Below, piece after piece: positions 63,735 to 64,000 of a stretch of 64,000 nucleotides of DNA. This DNA comes from Scyliorhinus canicula (lineage: Eukaryota). The position numbers were made by a program, and so were the translations under genes. Position 1 is the first letter of the stretch. Each line of letters opens with the position of its first letter. Under the pieces are notes generated by a model that saw nothing but the letters and a program-made list of their open reading frames with translations, did no database searches and was not told where the DNA came from. The stretch covers positions 121,581,927 through 121,645,926 of the forward strand of contig NC_052151.1 of NCBI RefSeq assembly GCF_902713615.1. Direction: 5' to 3'.

Positions 63735-63929
63735 CTTGTCATCATCAGGCACCAGGTCCCGTTGGATTTTCCTTCGAGGCCACTCTCGAGTAAGTTCATC
63801 TGCTACTATCTCATGCAGGTGGTAAGCAGCCAGCTTGGCAGAGCTCCTCCGCACTCTTCCACTGGACGTTCTCTCCACTTCAGGTTCACTTTCTTTTTCA
63901 GCAGCTTCGTCATCTGTAGTTTCCGGTGA
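63735..63929 (-). CDS. ZNF512: ZNF512 internal coding exon (SPETTDDEAAEKESEPEVERTSSGRVRRSSAKLAAYHLHEIVADELTREWPRRKIQRDLVPDDDK)
   Basis: 195 nt, phase 0/0, acceptor ...ttgactag and donor gtgcgg. Resembles human ZNF512 [42 protein letters not shown] (recalled). Upstream exons lie beyond the window. Confidence 0.9.
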
Positions 63930-64000
63930 CTAGTCAATGAGACACCAAAGCATAGAATTGGTTGACCAGCAAAGAATTTGGTAACAAAATGTTGCCATAT

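Noticed and set aside
42289-63929. Calling the zinc-finger gene ZNF512B
   Set aside because: Residues ([27 protein letters not shown]) and linkage to GTF3C2 fit ZNF512 better, as recalled; phylogeny is needed for certainty.
1-64000. CRISPR arrays, operons or other prokaryotic systems; remaining short ORFs as genes
   Set aside because: Spliced vertebrate locus with no repeat-spacer arrays; the other ORFs map to TE fragments, antisense frames or random open frames.

Overview
Eukaryotic, repeat-rich vertebrate DNA. The repeat content (HE1-type V-SINEs, DeuSINEs, CR1, RTE, L1, Tx1, Penelope) points to a cartilaginous fish, probably a shark; the species cannot be fixed from sequence alone. Two spliced genes lie on the minus strand in tandem. 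(1) The last five coding exons of ZNF512 (63929->42289) have intact frames and GT-AG junctions, with a probable long 3'UTR to ~37.0 kb. (2) The CpG-island promoter and first four exons of GTF3C2/TFIIIC110 (~17.6 kb->955) continue off the left edge. This GTF3C2 copy shows two in-frame stops and an apparent frameshift, so it is either disabled/truncated or mis-assembled. Its exon 2 carries an expanded 48-aa AT-hook-like repeat. The two neighbouring, nominally unrelated proteins share a gap-free 24-aa motif (13/24 identical, ending LHEIV), which is the most intriguing signal here. The rest is nested transposons: a two-family L1 chimera inside one 18-bp TSD, an ORF1-only CR1 derivative, solo LTRs, MITEs and several modular SINE families. 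Family names and human protein comparisons are from recognition/memory, not database searches. Most six-frame ORFs are TE fragments or spurious.
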